The notes below the pieces were generated by a model. The model was not told the origin of the DNA and did no database searches. It saw nothing but the letters and a program-made list of their open reading frames with translations. A stretch of 64,000 nucleotides of DNA from Octopus vulgaris (taxonomy: Eukaryota): contig OX597830.1 in the NCBI GenBank assembly GCA_951406725.2, positions 23,126,001-23,190,000 of the forward strand, given 5' to 3'. Both the position numbers and the translations under genes were made by a program. The number at the start of each line of letters is the position of its first letter. Within the stretch, counting starts at the first letter, position 1. This document shows, piece after piece, positions 38,691 through 51,936 of the stretch.

Positions 38691-39621
38691 GTCACACCCT
38701 ATGACTCATCTTCCTCATCACTGTCGTCATCATTTAACGTCCACTTTTCCATGCTTGCATGGGTTAGACAGAATTTGTAGAGGCAGATTTTTTACAGCTA
38801 GATGACCCTCCTGTTCCCAACCCTCACCGGTTTCCATGTCAGGTAATATTTTCCTATGGCCAGGCAGGGAAGTGAATAAAATTGCTTGCATGACAGTGAT
38901 GCTCATTTACAACCATTATATAATGTCTAGGTAAAGGTATAAATACATACAAAGGTATACAGAAACGTATGCACATTTATATATCTTATACATGAATTAG
39001 CATAGGAGTGGCTGTGTGGTAAGTAGCTTGCTTACCAACCACTTGGTTCCGGGTTCAGTCCCACTGCGTGGCACCTTGGGCAAGTGTCTTCTACTATAGC
39101 CTCAGGCTGACCAACGCCTTGTGAGTTGATTTGGTAGATGGAAACTGGGTCAATGTGATCGACTTAATCCCTTTGTCTGTCCTTGTTTGTCCCCTCTATG
39201 TTTAGCCCCTTGAGGGCAATAAAGAAATAAGAGGGAAGACTGTTGAGGGATGCCAGAAGGATGCTTGAGGGCCACATGTGCCCTTGAGAGATGTGGTTGA
39301 GAACTGCAGCTATAGTGGATATACATTAGATGAAACTTGAATAAGACAGGGTGGTCATGGCTGGAACACTTACAGTCATATGTCTACTCAATGATAGCAA
39401 ACCTAGGGCTAAACAACAAAAATGATAATGACAACCACTACCAAAACATTAGACAAACACAGGCATGGCTGTGTGGTAAGAAGCTTGCCTCTCAACCACA
39501 TGGTTCCGGGTTCAGTCCCGTTGTGTGGCACCTCAGGAAAATGTCTTCTACTATAGCCTTGGGCTGACCAAAGCCTTGTGAGTGGATTTGGTAAACAGAA
39601 ACTGAAAGAAGCTCATCATGT

Positions 39622-39658
<37 letters not shown>

Positions 39659-39851
39659 TATACTCTTTTACTTATTTCAGTCATTTGACTGCAGCCATGC
39701 TGGAGCACTGCCGTTAGTCGAGCAAATTGACCCCTTATTCTCTTTGTAAGCCTAGTAATTATTTTATCGGTCTCTTTTGCCGAACCACTAAGTTACGGGG
39801 ACATAAACACGCCACCATCGGTTGTCAAGCGATGCTGACACACAAACATAT

Positions 39852-39906
<55 letters not shown>

Positions 39907-40092
39907 ATGGGTTTCTTTCAGTTTCCGCCTACCAAATCCACTCACATGGTTTTGGTTGGCCCGAGGCTATAGTAGAAGACATTTGCCCAAGGTGCCATGC
40001 AGTGGGAATGAACCTGGAACCATGTGGTTGGTAAGAAGCTACTTACCACACAGCCACTCCTGCACCTGAAATGTTTTGTGGCAGCCTCTGGA

Positions 40093-40165
40093 CGCTGAAA
40101 CCCGGGATTGAACCGGGGACCTTTAGATCTTCAGTCTAATGCGCTCCTAACTGAGCTATTTCAGC
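40093..40165 (-). tRNA. trnF-GAA: tRNA-Phe(GAA), probably a pseudogene or variant
   Basis: GCTGAAATAGCTCAGTTAGGAGCGCATTAGACTGAAGATCTAAAGGTCCCCGGTTCAATCCCGGGTTTCAGCG. Acceptor, anticodon and T stems are intact. G18>A, a D-stem mismatch and a G discriminator deviate from canonical metazoan tRNA-Phe. Confidence 0.85.
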
Positions 40166-40198
<33 letters not shown>

Positions 40199-41237
40199 CT
40201 GTGTTTGTCTGCCCCCATCATTGCTTGACAACTGATGTCGGTGTGTTTATGTTCCTGAAACTTAGCAGTTCAGCAAAAGAGTTTGATAAAATAAGTACTA
40301 GGCATATAAAGAATAAGTCCCGGGGTTGATTTCTTTGACAAAACCCCTCTGAGGTGGTGCACCAGCATGGCCGCAGTCAGATGACTGAAACAAGTAAGAG
40401 AATAAAAAAAAAAAGAACTACTTATCACAACACCACTGGTATACAGAGCCTAGTGTAACCCCCACCATTACAGCACACAACTACTACCAACACTACAACT
40501 TCTTCACTGCACTCTCGCCACCATTACACCACCACCATTACGAAACACGTCTACTACCACCCCAACTTTACACCATTACCAACTCTACTACTATCCACAC
40601 TTTACACCACCACTGGCACCCCCACCTTAATACCACCCGTCACTTCACATAACGACCACCACTACTGCCACTAACACCAATAATTCATCTAATTGCTGCC
40701 ACCACCACCATCATCACCACCGCCACTACTACTACCATCACCAACACCGCCGCCAAATCAATCCATTCCAAATTCTTGCCAAAAGTTAATAGCCAGTTGA
40801 TGTTGGTAGATGATGAAGACATTTCTCTCTCTCTCACTTTCTCTCTGTTTTCCACACACACACACACATACACACACACACACACACACACTCACAGAAC
40901 CAAACCATATTCAATCACAGCACACACACGCACGCACACACAAGATATACGAACAGATAATACATCAGCACCAAACAGACGTACATGTTCTTTTCTTTAC
41001 AGACTGACGTATACACACACACACACACACACACAAAACAACACAGGGAAACGTTTACATGTGCATACACACTACTATGTAAGAGCACACAAACGTATAC
41101 AGACAGAAACACATCGACACACACACACATACACATACACACAGTGCATACACACACACATGTAAGAGCACAAGCATATAACGAAGAACAGATTTACACC
41201 TACATGTGTATCAGCACACAAACACACACACACAAGC

Positions 41238-41288
<51 letters not shown>

Positions 41289-41445
41289 TATATACATATA
41301 TATATATACACATATACATATATATATATACACATACATATTCATATATATACATACATATTCATATATATACATATACATATTCATATATATACATATA
41401 CATATACATATACATATATATACATATACATATATATACATATAC

Positions 41446-41506
<61 letters not shown>

Positions 41507-41878
41507 TACACACACATGTATCAGCACACAAACACACAAAGAGAAACACATACATATTTACACACACATACATACACACACAGAAGAACCAAGATATATA
41601 CATGTGCATACGCATTTGCATTAATACAAAATATCTCATAAACGCACTCATAAAAACCAACACACACATATACACATATCAAAAACACACACACACACAA
41701 AAACACAAACATTAACTCTTAAGATGAACCGCTGTACACACACACACACACACACACACACACCCACACACATACACACCTATATCAATATGAAATAACC
41801 AATGTACATCTCATAAAAAGCAACAAACACACACATATCTACACATAATGATTACATTTAAGAAAACAACACACACAC

Positions 41879-41936
<58 letters not shown>

Positions 41937-41941
41937 ATATA

Positions 41942-41974
<33 letters not shown>

Positions 41975-42304
41975 ATATATGTATATATGTATATGTATAT
42001 ATATATGTGTGTATATATATATATATATACACACACACACATATATATATATATACACACACATTTATATGCATATACACCACAGAGACGAACCAATCTG
42101 TACACACACGTGCATACACCCCTGTATTGATACAAAATAACCCCCATGTACATAATCCTAAAAACTAACAAACATATAAACATATTACTATATACACAAT
42201 CGCATACACACACACACACACACACAGATGAGGCAGTCTATATATACATATGCATACACGCTTATATCAATACAAATAACCAATGAGCACACTTACAAAA
42301 AGCA

Positions 42305-42339
<35 letters not shown>

Positions 42340-43652
42340 CTAAAGGCACAGACACACAAACACATACAAATAAGACACATACAACACACACACACACGCA
42401 CATGCATGTATGCACATTCAGAGAGGAACCAGTCTATAAACACATGCACATACACACATCAATACAGAACAGCCCGGGAGCATTCTCATAAAACCCAAGA
42501 AGCATACAGACATCTACATACACAAAGACTACATTTACAAACAATATGCACACACACACACAGAAAAATATATATGCACACACACACACACTCACAGACG
42601 CACACACACACACACATATACATAAACACACTAAGGAAATAATCTACACACAAATACATACACATTTATACCAACACAAAACAACCCACGAACAGCTTCA
42701 GAAAACAACGACCAAGCGTACATAGCCACACAAGGACTACATTTATGATCAACACACAGAAACACACACATACATACACACACACAGAGAAACACACACA
42801 TGCACACACACACACTGGGGAAGCATGAATACACACTGATATCAACAGAAAATAACCCATGTATATATAGACTCATAAAAATCAACATACATACGTATCC
42901 ACACACACACACACAAAGACACACATGGAAAAATTACATTTACAAACAAAACCTACAAACACACATACACACACACCCAGAGAACCATACAAACACCCAC
43001 TCCACCGTCCCGTTCCGTCCCAGCCACCCGATGCAAGTTATTACCACATGAAAAGTCTATATGATAGCTGCAAATGGAAAGTGGGAAATCATGTGGCTGC
43101 TGCCACACCGTCTTGGTGCAAGTGAACCGTGCAGTTTGTATTAGCAACTGCAGTGTGAAATATTGCAACAGGATCAACAGTTTGTGTATATGTGAGGGGG
43201 GGGGGGTAGTTTAGAGACGGTGGGGGATGGGGGTGATGAGCAGTTCTCTCCCCCTTACAGGAAAATTCGTATGATAGTTTCCATTTGACTAGGTATGAGA
43301 CAGTATAAAGGATGATACTGAATCAAAGAGGCCTTAATGTATTACTGGTATAGGAGCATGGCTCAGTGGATAGAGCATTGGGATCACAAGCATGAAGTAG
43401 TGAGTTCGATTCCTGGACCAGGCTGTTGTTGTGTTCTTGAGCAAGACACTTTACCTCAAGTTACTCCAGTTCGCTCAGCCGTAGAAACGAGTTGCGACAT
43501 CACAGATGCCAAGCTGTATCGGCCTTTGCCTTGCCCTTGTATAACATCGCTGACTGGACTTGCATCTTAGAGAGGAACTTTCTAGGTGCTATCTTGTGGT
43601 TATTTTTGACCAAAGGGGATCTCCTCAGCCCCTTTATATACATACATACATA

Positions 43653-44524
43653 CAGAGTACAGTGAATAAACTGTTGTCTAAATAACTCAAAAATGAAAAT
43701 AACACTGACATCTCATTTTAACAGATATATTTACCAAAATTACGTAAAAATATCTTGAAATACTAGAGTAAATTTGTACAATAAAATTGCCATTGGTTTC
43801 AAGCACAGCCTCCAGACAACTTTGGAATCTCCTGCAACTCTTCTTGATGGTCTCCATGTGTAAGTTGGTGAATGCTGCTATAATCCTTGCCTTCAGCTCA
43901 TCTTTGGTGTCAACAAGGAATTTTGTTGGTTTCTTGCTCTACTGTGACCCACACATAATAATCAAGGGGGTTGCAGTCTGGGGAGTTAGGTGGCCAGATG
44001 TCAGGGGTGATGTGGTCGCAGAAATTGTCTGATAGCCATGACTGGGTTTTCCTCCTTGTGTGGCATGGTGCAGAGTCCTGTTGCCAGACATAGGGTCTTC
44101 CAGCAGGCACCCTCTTGACCAGGAGCAGCACTACCTCCTCTAGGCACTTGATGTAGGCCTTTGTGTTGAGTCTGAGGTCATATGGCAAGATGAATGGATG
44201 CATAACATCACCATCACCAGTGATGTATGCATGTATGTATGTATACACACATATATATATGATTTTGACTGGATGCTTGATCTTTTATGCATCCGAATCC
44301 TCTGCACTATCCTCAGATTACACCCAAACACTCTGAAATGTTCGTATTGGAGCTTCCGGCATGATGCCAAGCAGTACAGCATTTTCTGGCAGTAAATTGC
44401 ATCATGGTGCCGTTTTTCTCACAAACAGTGCCCAACTATTATACTGTGTAGTCGACAAAATCAAAAAGAAACAATGCGCATGTGTGAAATTAAAAATATA
44501 AAATGGCAACAATTTACCCATCGC

Positions 44525-44530
<6 letters not shown>
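43653..44530 (-). mobile_element. Deleted maT (DD37D) element, copy 2
   Basis: QQDSAPCH...WPPNSPDCNPLDY has 37 residues between D2 and D3. Imperfect TIRs CAGAGT(A/G)C. Confidence 0.9.
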
Positions 44531-44563
<33 letters not shown>

Positions 44564-46442
44564 ATGTCCTTATCTTGACATCATGTGATCATTATAAACA
44601 TGCATCACCATCATACATGCAATGATATTCATTTCCAGTCTTCTGTGGAAAGCATGCCTGGCCATGGGGAAATATAAATAAACCAACACCAGTTGTCAAG
44701 AAGAGGTGGGCGATAAAGACAGACACAGAGACAAACACACACACACATGCATAAATATAAATAAATAAATACATATATATATATATATATATATACATAC
44801 ATATATATATATATATATAATGGGTTTCTTACAGTTTCCATCTACCGATTCACTCACAAAGCTTTGGTAGGCCGAAGGCTATAGTGGAAAAACCATGTCC
44901 AATGTGCCATGCAATGGGACTGAACATGGAGCCATGTGATTTGGAGGCAGGCTTCTTACCACAGAGTCACACCCACAACCATATTACATATTTCTAAAAC
45001 TAAAAATAATGCAAGGTAAAATTGACCCCGATGTAATTTGAACTGGAAAACATAAGTGAAGCGCAACTAAAATCTTGGAAGAGTAAATTAAAAATCTAAT
45101 TAATTACAAAGTTTTTTTTTCTGTCATTTTTTTTTCTTCTTAATATTAGATAATTATAAACATTGTATATTTTAGAAATAACAGATCAAGCATGAAAATT
45201 AATGACAAACACCCCTGAGGAAAACTGAACTCCACATCCACCATTTGACTGACAGAATATTTCAACCATTATACCATGAGCTGCTTTGTAAGAGAACTGT
45301 AATGTGGTTGCACAACAAGCTAGAAATAGCAGTCAAATTTCTCTCATAATCATACTCTAGTGACCCCCAACTGAAAAAAATAATGAAAAAAAGAAGACAT
45401 ATCATATAATATATCATACTAGATGGTACAGACCAGTGATGGGTAACTGGTGGGCAACTGCAGGGTTCCGTTTGTGTGGGTTTTGGACTTGGACCTTTTC
45501 TGAATGTTTTTCAAATTTAATGCATTTGTGGTTCACTGAGCAGTTGATGGCATTTTTGATTAGACCATATAAAAACAAAACAGAGTTTAATGTCAAAGAG
45601 ATTTTAATTCTTACTGGTGCAAGTATGACTATGTGCATGAGAATTTTGCTCTCCAGCCACATTGTACCGAGTTCAGTCTCACAGCGTGATACCTCAGGCA
45701 AGTGTCTTCCACTATAGCCTCAGGCTCAGCAAAAACTTATGAGTGGATTTGGTAGATGAAAATTAGAAGAAGTCTGCTGAGTATTGTGTACATATGTGTG
45801 TGTATATATATATATGCACACACACACACACACACACACATACATAGGTGTACAGATACAAAGACACATGCATATAAATATATATAAATATATATGTGTG
45901 TGTATATATCATCATCATCATCGTTTAACGTCCGTTCTCCATGCTAGCATATGTTGGACGGTTCGACCGGGGATCTAGGAAGCCAGAAGGCTGCACAGGC
46001 TCCAGTCTGATCTGGCAGTGTTTCTACAGCTAGATGTCCTTCCTAATGCCAACCACTCCGTGAGTGTAATGGGTGCTACACACACACACACATACATAAG
46101 TGTACAGGCACAAAGACACACGCATATAAATATATATGCATATATATATATATAAATATACATGATGGGCTTCTTTCAGTTTCCATCTAGCAAATCTACT
46201 CACAAGGCTTTGGTCAGCCTGAGGCTACAGTAGAAGACACTTGCCCAAGGTATGATGCAGTGGGACTGAACCTGGAACCATGTGGTTGGGGAGCAAGCTT
46301 CTCACCACACAGCCATGCCTGTACCCATATGTACACATACATACGTACATATATAATAAGAAAAGACTCCTGCCCAAAATGCCATGCAGGGGACTGAACC
46401 CAGAACCAGGTGCTTAGGAAGCAAGCTTCTTATCACAGAGCC

Positions 46443-46745
46443 AGTGTGACTCAGTAGTTAGTGCATTCGGATCACAATTGTAAGGTCGTGAGTTCGATTC
46501 CCAGCAGTGTGTTGTGTCCTTTCATCAAGAAACTCTATTTCCCTTAGCTTCAGTCCACTCAGCTGGCAAAAATGACGAGTATCTGTAATGGAAAGGGTCA
46601 GCCTTGTCACATTCATCATATTGAATCTCCCTGAGAACCGTGTTAAGTGTAGACGTGTCTGTGGAGTACTCAGCCACGTGCACGTTAATTTCATGAGCAG
46701 GCTGTTCCATTAATTGGATCAACTGGAACCCTCATTGTTGTAACC
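46443..46745 (+). mobile_element. tRNA-derived SINE family C
   Basis: Head ...gtaaggtcgtgagttcgattccc, body ...gtgtctgtggagtactcagccac...gagcaggctgttcc. Relatives at 34810-35570 and 53290-53608. Confidence 0.75.
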
Positions 46746-47265
46746 AAGAGAGAGAGAGAGAGAGGGAGAGAAAGGGGGAGAGGGAGGGAGAGAGAGAGGG
46801 GAGGGGAGGGAGAGGGAGAGGGGAGGGAGAGAGAGGGATGGAGAGAGAGAGAGAGAGGGAGGGAAAGAGAAAGAGTGTGTGTGTGTGAGTGTGTGTTTGT
46901 GCTTCATCATCCTGACCTTTTTTGAGAGTTATAAATGAGTGTCACTATCACACAAATGTGAATGGGGAGGTTTCCAATCTTCCATGAAAACATGTCTGGC
47001 CATGGACAAATACTACTTTACATGGAAAAGTGAACATGATGATGATTATGATGAATGCAACGATGATGTTGGTGATGATGATGATGACAATAATGATGAC
47101 CCTTTAACACAGTCCAGTATCCATTTCCACGTTATTATAAAGCAGAAAGCTTGACCTTATGTAAAAAACAAGCAGGAACAAAGCACAAAAATGTTAATTA
47201 TGAAATATTCCTCTATTGAATTTCTAAATATCTCATAGAGATATGTACGGTGGTGGGGCGATAGA

Positions 47266-47562
47266 ATGGTTGTATACTGTCAATTTAACGTGACAGTAGG
47301 GGATTACACCACCGCTGTTTAGCCCTAGGAAGCATTGACGCTTCCTGATGGCTTCGACACATTTTTTTCCTGTGTCCTTATATATTTACAAAGGGGAGAC
47401 AAAAGGCCTGGCTGCTGGGGGGTATTTGTCTCCCCTTCGTAAATATATAAGGACACAGGAAAAAAATGTGTCGAAGCCATCAGGAAGAGTCGATGCTTCC
47501 TAGGGCTAAACAGCGGTGGTGTAATCTCCTACTGTCACGTTAAATTGACGGTATACAACCAT
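47266..47562. mobile_element. Foldback/MITE-like near-perfect inverted repeat
   Basis: 138-bp arms 47266-47403 and 47425-47562, 21-nt spacer, few mismatches. Confidence 0.85.
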
Positions 47563-48548
47563 CCTCTATTGAGTTTTACAATAAACCTCCCTTGATTTTC
47601 AGCACTTCAACCTTTACTGGAATCACCTCAAAGGAACAGTAAATTTAGTATGAGCAGTTGTAAGGAACACTGTTTCCTGCCTATTTTTTGTTTGTTTTTG
47701 TTTTTCTGCTTCAGGCGCAGGGTCTGAAATTTTATGTGGAAGAGGCTGGTCGATTATATCATACCCAGTGCTCAACAGGCAATTATTATATTGGCACTGA
47801 AAAAGATAAAAGACAACGCCAACCTCGTTGGAATTTGAACTCAGAATGTAAAGACAGACGGAAATGCCTATTTCTTTACTACCCACAAGGGGCTAAACAC
47901 AGAGAGGACAAATGGATTAAGTCGATTATATCGACCCCAGTGCGTAACTGGTACTTAATTTATCAACCCCAAAAGGATGAAAGGCAAAGTTGACTTCGGC
48001 GGAGTTTGAACTCAGAACGTAGCGGCAGACGAAATACCGCTAAGCATTTCGCCCGGCGTGCTAACGTTTCTGCCAGCTCGTTGCCTTATAACGGAAATGC
48101 CGCTAAGCCTTTTTCTCCAGCATGCTTAACAATTCTGCCAGCTCACCACTGTTAAACAATGGAACACTAAAGTTGGTACATATTATACTTGTAGCTGTAT
48201 CATTGGTATTTATCACTGACTTGCAGCTCACTGTACCGGAGTCTGAAACTAAAGCATTAGCAAAAAAAAAAGGCGGGGGGGGGGGATAAACAAAAAGAAA
48301 AAAAAAATTTAATCATAATAAAAACTAGACTGGTTACAAAAGGTGAGGTGTGATTTCAACTTTGTATGCTGAAAGTAAGTGCATAGTGATGTAGTAGTTT
48401 AGTTGTTTATGACCTCAGGTTCAAATCTTGAGAGAGAAGACCATAAACATTAGCTTCAGTACAGTGTGATTAGATGACAGTTTTGTCTCCATAGAAACAA
48501 GTAATCTGGATATTAAAATGGTGTATATGTGTGTGTCTATGCATATAT

Positions 48549-48611
<63 letters not shown>

Positions 48612-48699
48612 ATTGAGAGAGAGAGAGATATTGAGAGAGAGAGAGATATTGAGAGAGAGAGCATATGGTAATACAATGTTATAACAAAATTTGTATATT

Positions 48700-48741
<42 letters not shown>

Positions 48742-48821
48742 TTATCATCATTTATATATGTGTATGTAGGGTTAGGTTTGGTGATGCAGACAGAAAAACA
48801 GAACTCAAAACGAGTGTGTGT

Positions 48822-48890
<69 letters not shown>

Positions 48891-48905
48891 AGTATTTCAT
48901 AATAT

Positions 48906-49005
48906 ATCAACAGGAGTTACAGAGTGCATTGGCATTTATCAAAATGTGATAAGTGCCAGTGCACAAAACTCTTGGCGCTTGAGTCACTCTGTAACTGCTG
49001 CTGAT
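48906..49005 (+). ncRNA. Type-I hammerhead scaffold lacking its CUGANGA core
   Basis: Stem I agttacagagt/actctgtaact, 18-bp stem II, AAAA in place of GAAA, stem III actc/gagt, GUC triplet. Confidence 0.6.
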
Positions 49006-49022
49006 GATTATTAATAATAATG

Positions 49023-49069
<47 letters not shown>

Positions 49070-49677
49070 TATAAGAATGATATCCAATATATACATATAT
49101 AAGAGTGCCGAAATATGATGCTATGACAATATGTAATTGGAGAGATGGTTTAAAAAATGAGAAATTAGTAGAAAGCTCTGATTTTAATAGAAGATAGACA
49201 TTAGAAATCTATATGAGATTCATAAATATTCATTCATTATTCATAGTCATTATATGAAATACTTTTATATTTCCTGTTCTAGCTTGGAAAGTAAGACACC
49301 AAAATATGTTAAAGCGGGGAGGGCAACATAAATCTTTTTTATGATGGTAAAATGTGCAACTATAGGTCAACCCAGTAGCATTTAGATTACTCTCTCAAAT
49401 CTATTGTTTGTTTATTCACATTGTTTTGGATTCCCCATCATCTGGTTGGGCTTACTCTTTTGACTGTGGCCATGCTGGAGCACCGCCTTTAGTCGAGCAC
49501 AACGACCCCAGGACTTATTCTTTGTAAGCCTAGTGCTTATTCTATCGCTCTCTTTTGCCGCTTGCTGCTAAGTTACGGGGACGTAAACACACCATCATCG
49601 GTTGTCAAGCGATGTTGGGGGACAAACAGAAACACAAACATATACACACACACATACACACATATATATATATATAT

Positions 49678-49679
<2 letters not shown>

Positions 49680-49721
<42 letters not shown>

Positions 49722-50810
49722 TTAGCGTCCGTTTTCCATGCTAGCATGGGTTGGACGGTTCAACTGGGGTCTGGGGAGCCCGAAGGCTGCACCAGGCCAG
49801 TCAGATCTGGCAGTGTTTCTACAGCTGGATGCCCTTCCTAACGCCAACCACTCCGAGAGTGTAGTGGGTGATTTTATGTGCCACCGACACAGGTGCCAGA
49901 CGAGGCTGGCGAACGGCCACGCTCGGATGGTGTTTTTATGTGCCACCGACACAGGTGCCAGACGAGGCTGGCAGACGGCCACGCTCGGATGGTGTTTTTA
50001 TGTGCCACCGACACAGGTGCCAGATGAGGCTGGCGGACGGCCACGATCGGATGGTGTTTGTTGCGTGCCCACAGCACGGAGGCCAGTCGATGCGGTACTG
50101 GCTACGGCCACGTTCGGATGGTTTTCTTGTGTGCCACTGGCACTGGTACCACAAGATACAAATTCCAACGGCCACGTTCGGATGGTTTTCTTGTGTGCCA
50201 CTGGCACTGGTACCACAAGATACAAATTCCATTGATGTTCATCTATTTTGATTTGATTTGATTTGATTTGATTTGATTTTCACTTGCCTCAACAGGTCTT
50301 CACAAGTGTCACAAGAAGGAAGGAAGGTATGCACAGGTGGACTGACTACGTCCCAAGTAGGGGCCATGGGTTATGGCCTGACTAGTCTTGCCGGGTCTTC
50401 GGTTGGTGTTTTTATGTGCCACCGACACAGGTGCCAGATGAGGCTGGCGGACGGCCACGATCGGATGGTGTTTGTTATGTGCCCACATCACAGAGGCCAG
50501 TCGATGCGGTACTGGCTACGGCCACGTTCGGATGGTTTTCTTGTGTGCCACCGGTACTGGTACCACAAAGATACAAATTCCATTGATGTTCATCTATTTT
50601 GATTTGGTTTGATTTGATTTGATTTGATTTTGATTTTGATTTTCACTTGCCTCAATAGGTCTTCACAAGTGTCATAAGTAGGAAGGTATGCACAGGTGGA
50701 CTGACTACGTCGCCGGGTCTTCGGATGGTGTTTTTATGTGCCACCGACACAGGTGCCAGATGAGGCTGGCGAACGGCCACGATCGGATGGTTTTCTTGAG
50801 TGCCACCGAT
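49680..50810 (-). mobile_element. SINE-like family E with (TGA)n tail and internally amplified ~62-bp units
   Basis: Minus-strand ggttggcgttaggaagggcatccagctgtagaaac motif and tandem tgtgccaccgacacaggtgccaga units. Relatives near 38725, 45910, 62275 and 62500. Confidence 0.75.
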
Positions 50811-51029
50811 ATATATATATATATATATACGACGGACTTCTTCAGTTTCCATCTACCAGATCCACTCACAAGGCTTTGGCTGGCCCGAGGCTATAGTAGA
50901 AGACACTTGCCCAAGGTGTCACACAGTGGGACTGAATCTGGAACCATGTAGTTCGTAAACAAGCTTCTTACCACACAGCCACTCCTACGCCTTGTTCAAG
51001 CAATATTTAAGCTACACATACCGTCCACC

Positions 51030-51245
51030 TCAGTTCTGCATTAGTTGAGGGAGGTCTTCAAGAAGGCATCCAATGGCTCTGGTAAGCTGATCTACACGCA
51101 TTTTGTAAAGAAAACACAAGCAATTTTCCCTTATAATGGTAGTAACAGACAGGAGATCTCCATACAGCTGTTTCTTGGTGGGATGCATTCTCAAAGACAT
51201 GTTTGAGGCTGCTCTAAACATTTGGGTTTAAGTTCCATGTAGTTT
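51030..51245 (-). pseudogene. RTE/RTE-X-like LINE C-terminal fragment
   Basis: MFRAASNMSLRMHPTKKQLYGDLLSVTTIIRENCLCF resembles the post-RT region of RTE-type LINEs. Confidence 0.6.
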
Positions 51246-51831
51246 TGAAATATTTTGATGATGTGTTTATTTTTATGACATTGTAGGGTAGATGTGAAAG
51301 GCCAGATATGGCTACTTTGAACAAACAAAGAGAACATACAGACCAGACATGAATGGCTTAAATACCAGAGTACAAGCCAGGGAGATATACAGCACTACTC
51401 CCATTTTGAACTCTGTAGGGTCTGTACTAAGCTACCAGGCCTCTGAGGCACACATCTGGGCAAGGTTGTTTTATGGAAGACCAGTGGTCACCCATGCATA
51501 CCAGTCTCCTCTCTCCACGCCACTGGTGTTGTCCAAGAGAAAGGCAAAGGCTGATACAGCTTGGCCACCAGTGATGTTGCAACTCATTTCTACAGCTGAG
51601 TGAACTGGAGCAATGTGAAATAAAGTGTCTTGCTCAAAAACACAACACACAACCCAATCTGGGAATTGAACTCACTACCCCATGGTTGTGAGCCGGATGC
51701 TCTAACCACTGAGCCATGCACCTTCACTCTAACCAGAGAACCAGATATGTGTGAGACAGTGAATATGAACTATATTCAGGAATTCAAATTACCAGAAACA
51801 ACCAATTGTGTCTTTTATATTTTACTTGTTT

Positions 51832-51936
51832 GACATTTTTATCAGACATTTTCATCAGACATTTTCATCAAAAATTTTCATCAGACATTTTCCTCAGACA
51901 TTTTCATCAGACAATTTCATCAGATATTTTCATCAA
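51832..51936. repeat. 13-bp tandem repeat, ~8 copies
   Basis: (gacattttcatca)n. Confidence 0.9.

Noticed and set aside
22490-42500. Many [12 protein letters not shown] ORFs
   Set aside because: Translations of TA, CA and TG microsatellites.
49738-50602. Repetitive GC-rich ORFs
   Set aside because: Read-through of tandem 62-bp units inside a SINE-like repeat.
51832-51936. 13-mer array whose minus strand repeats CUGAUGAAAA
   Set aside because: No stems can separate the core from GAAA; probably coincidental.
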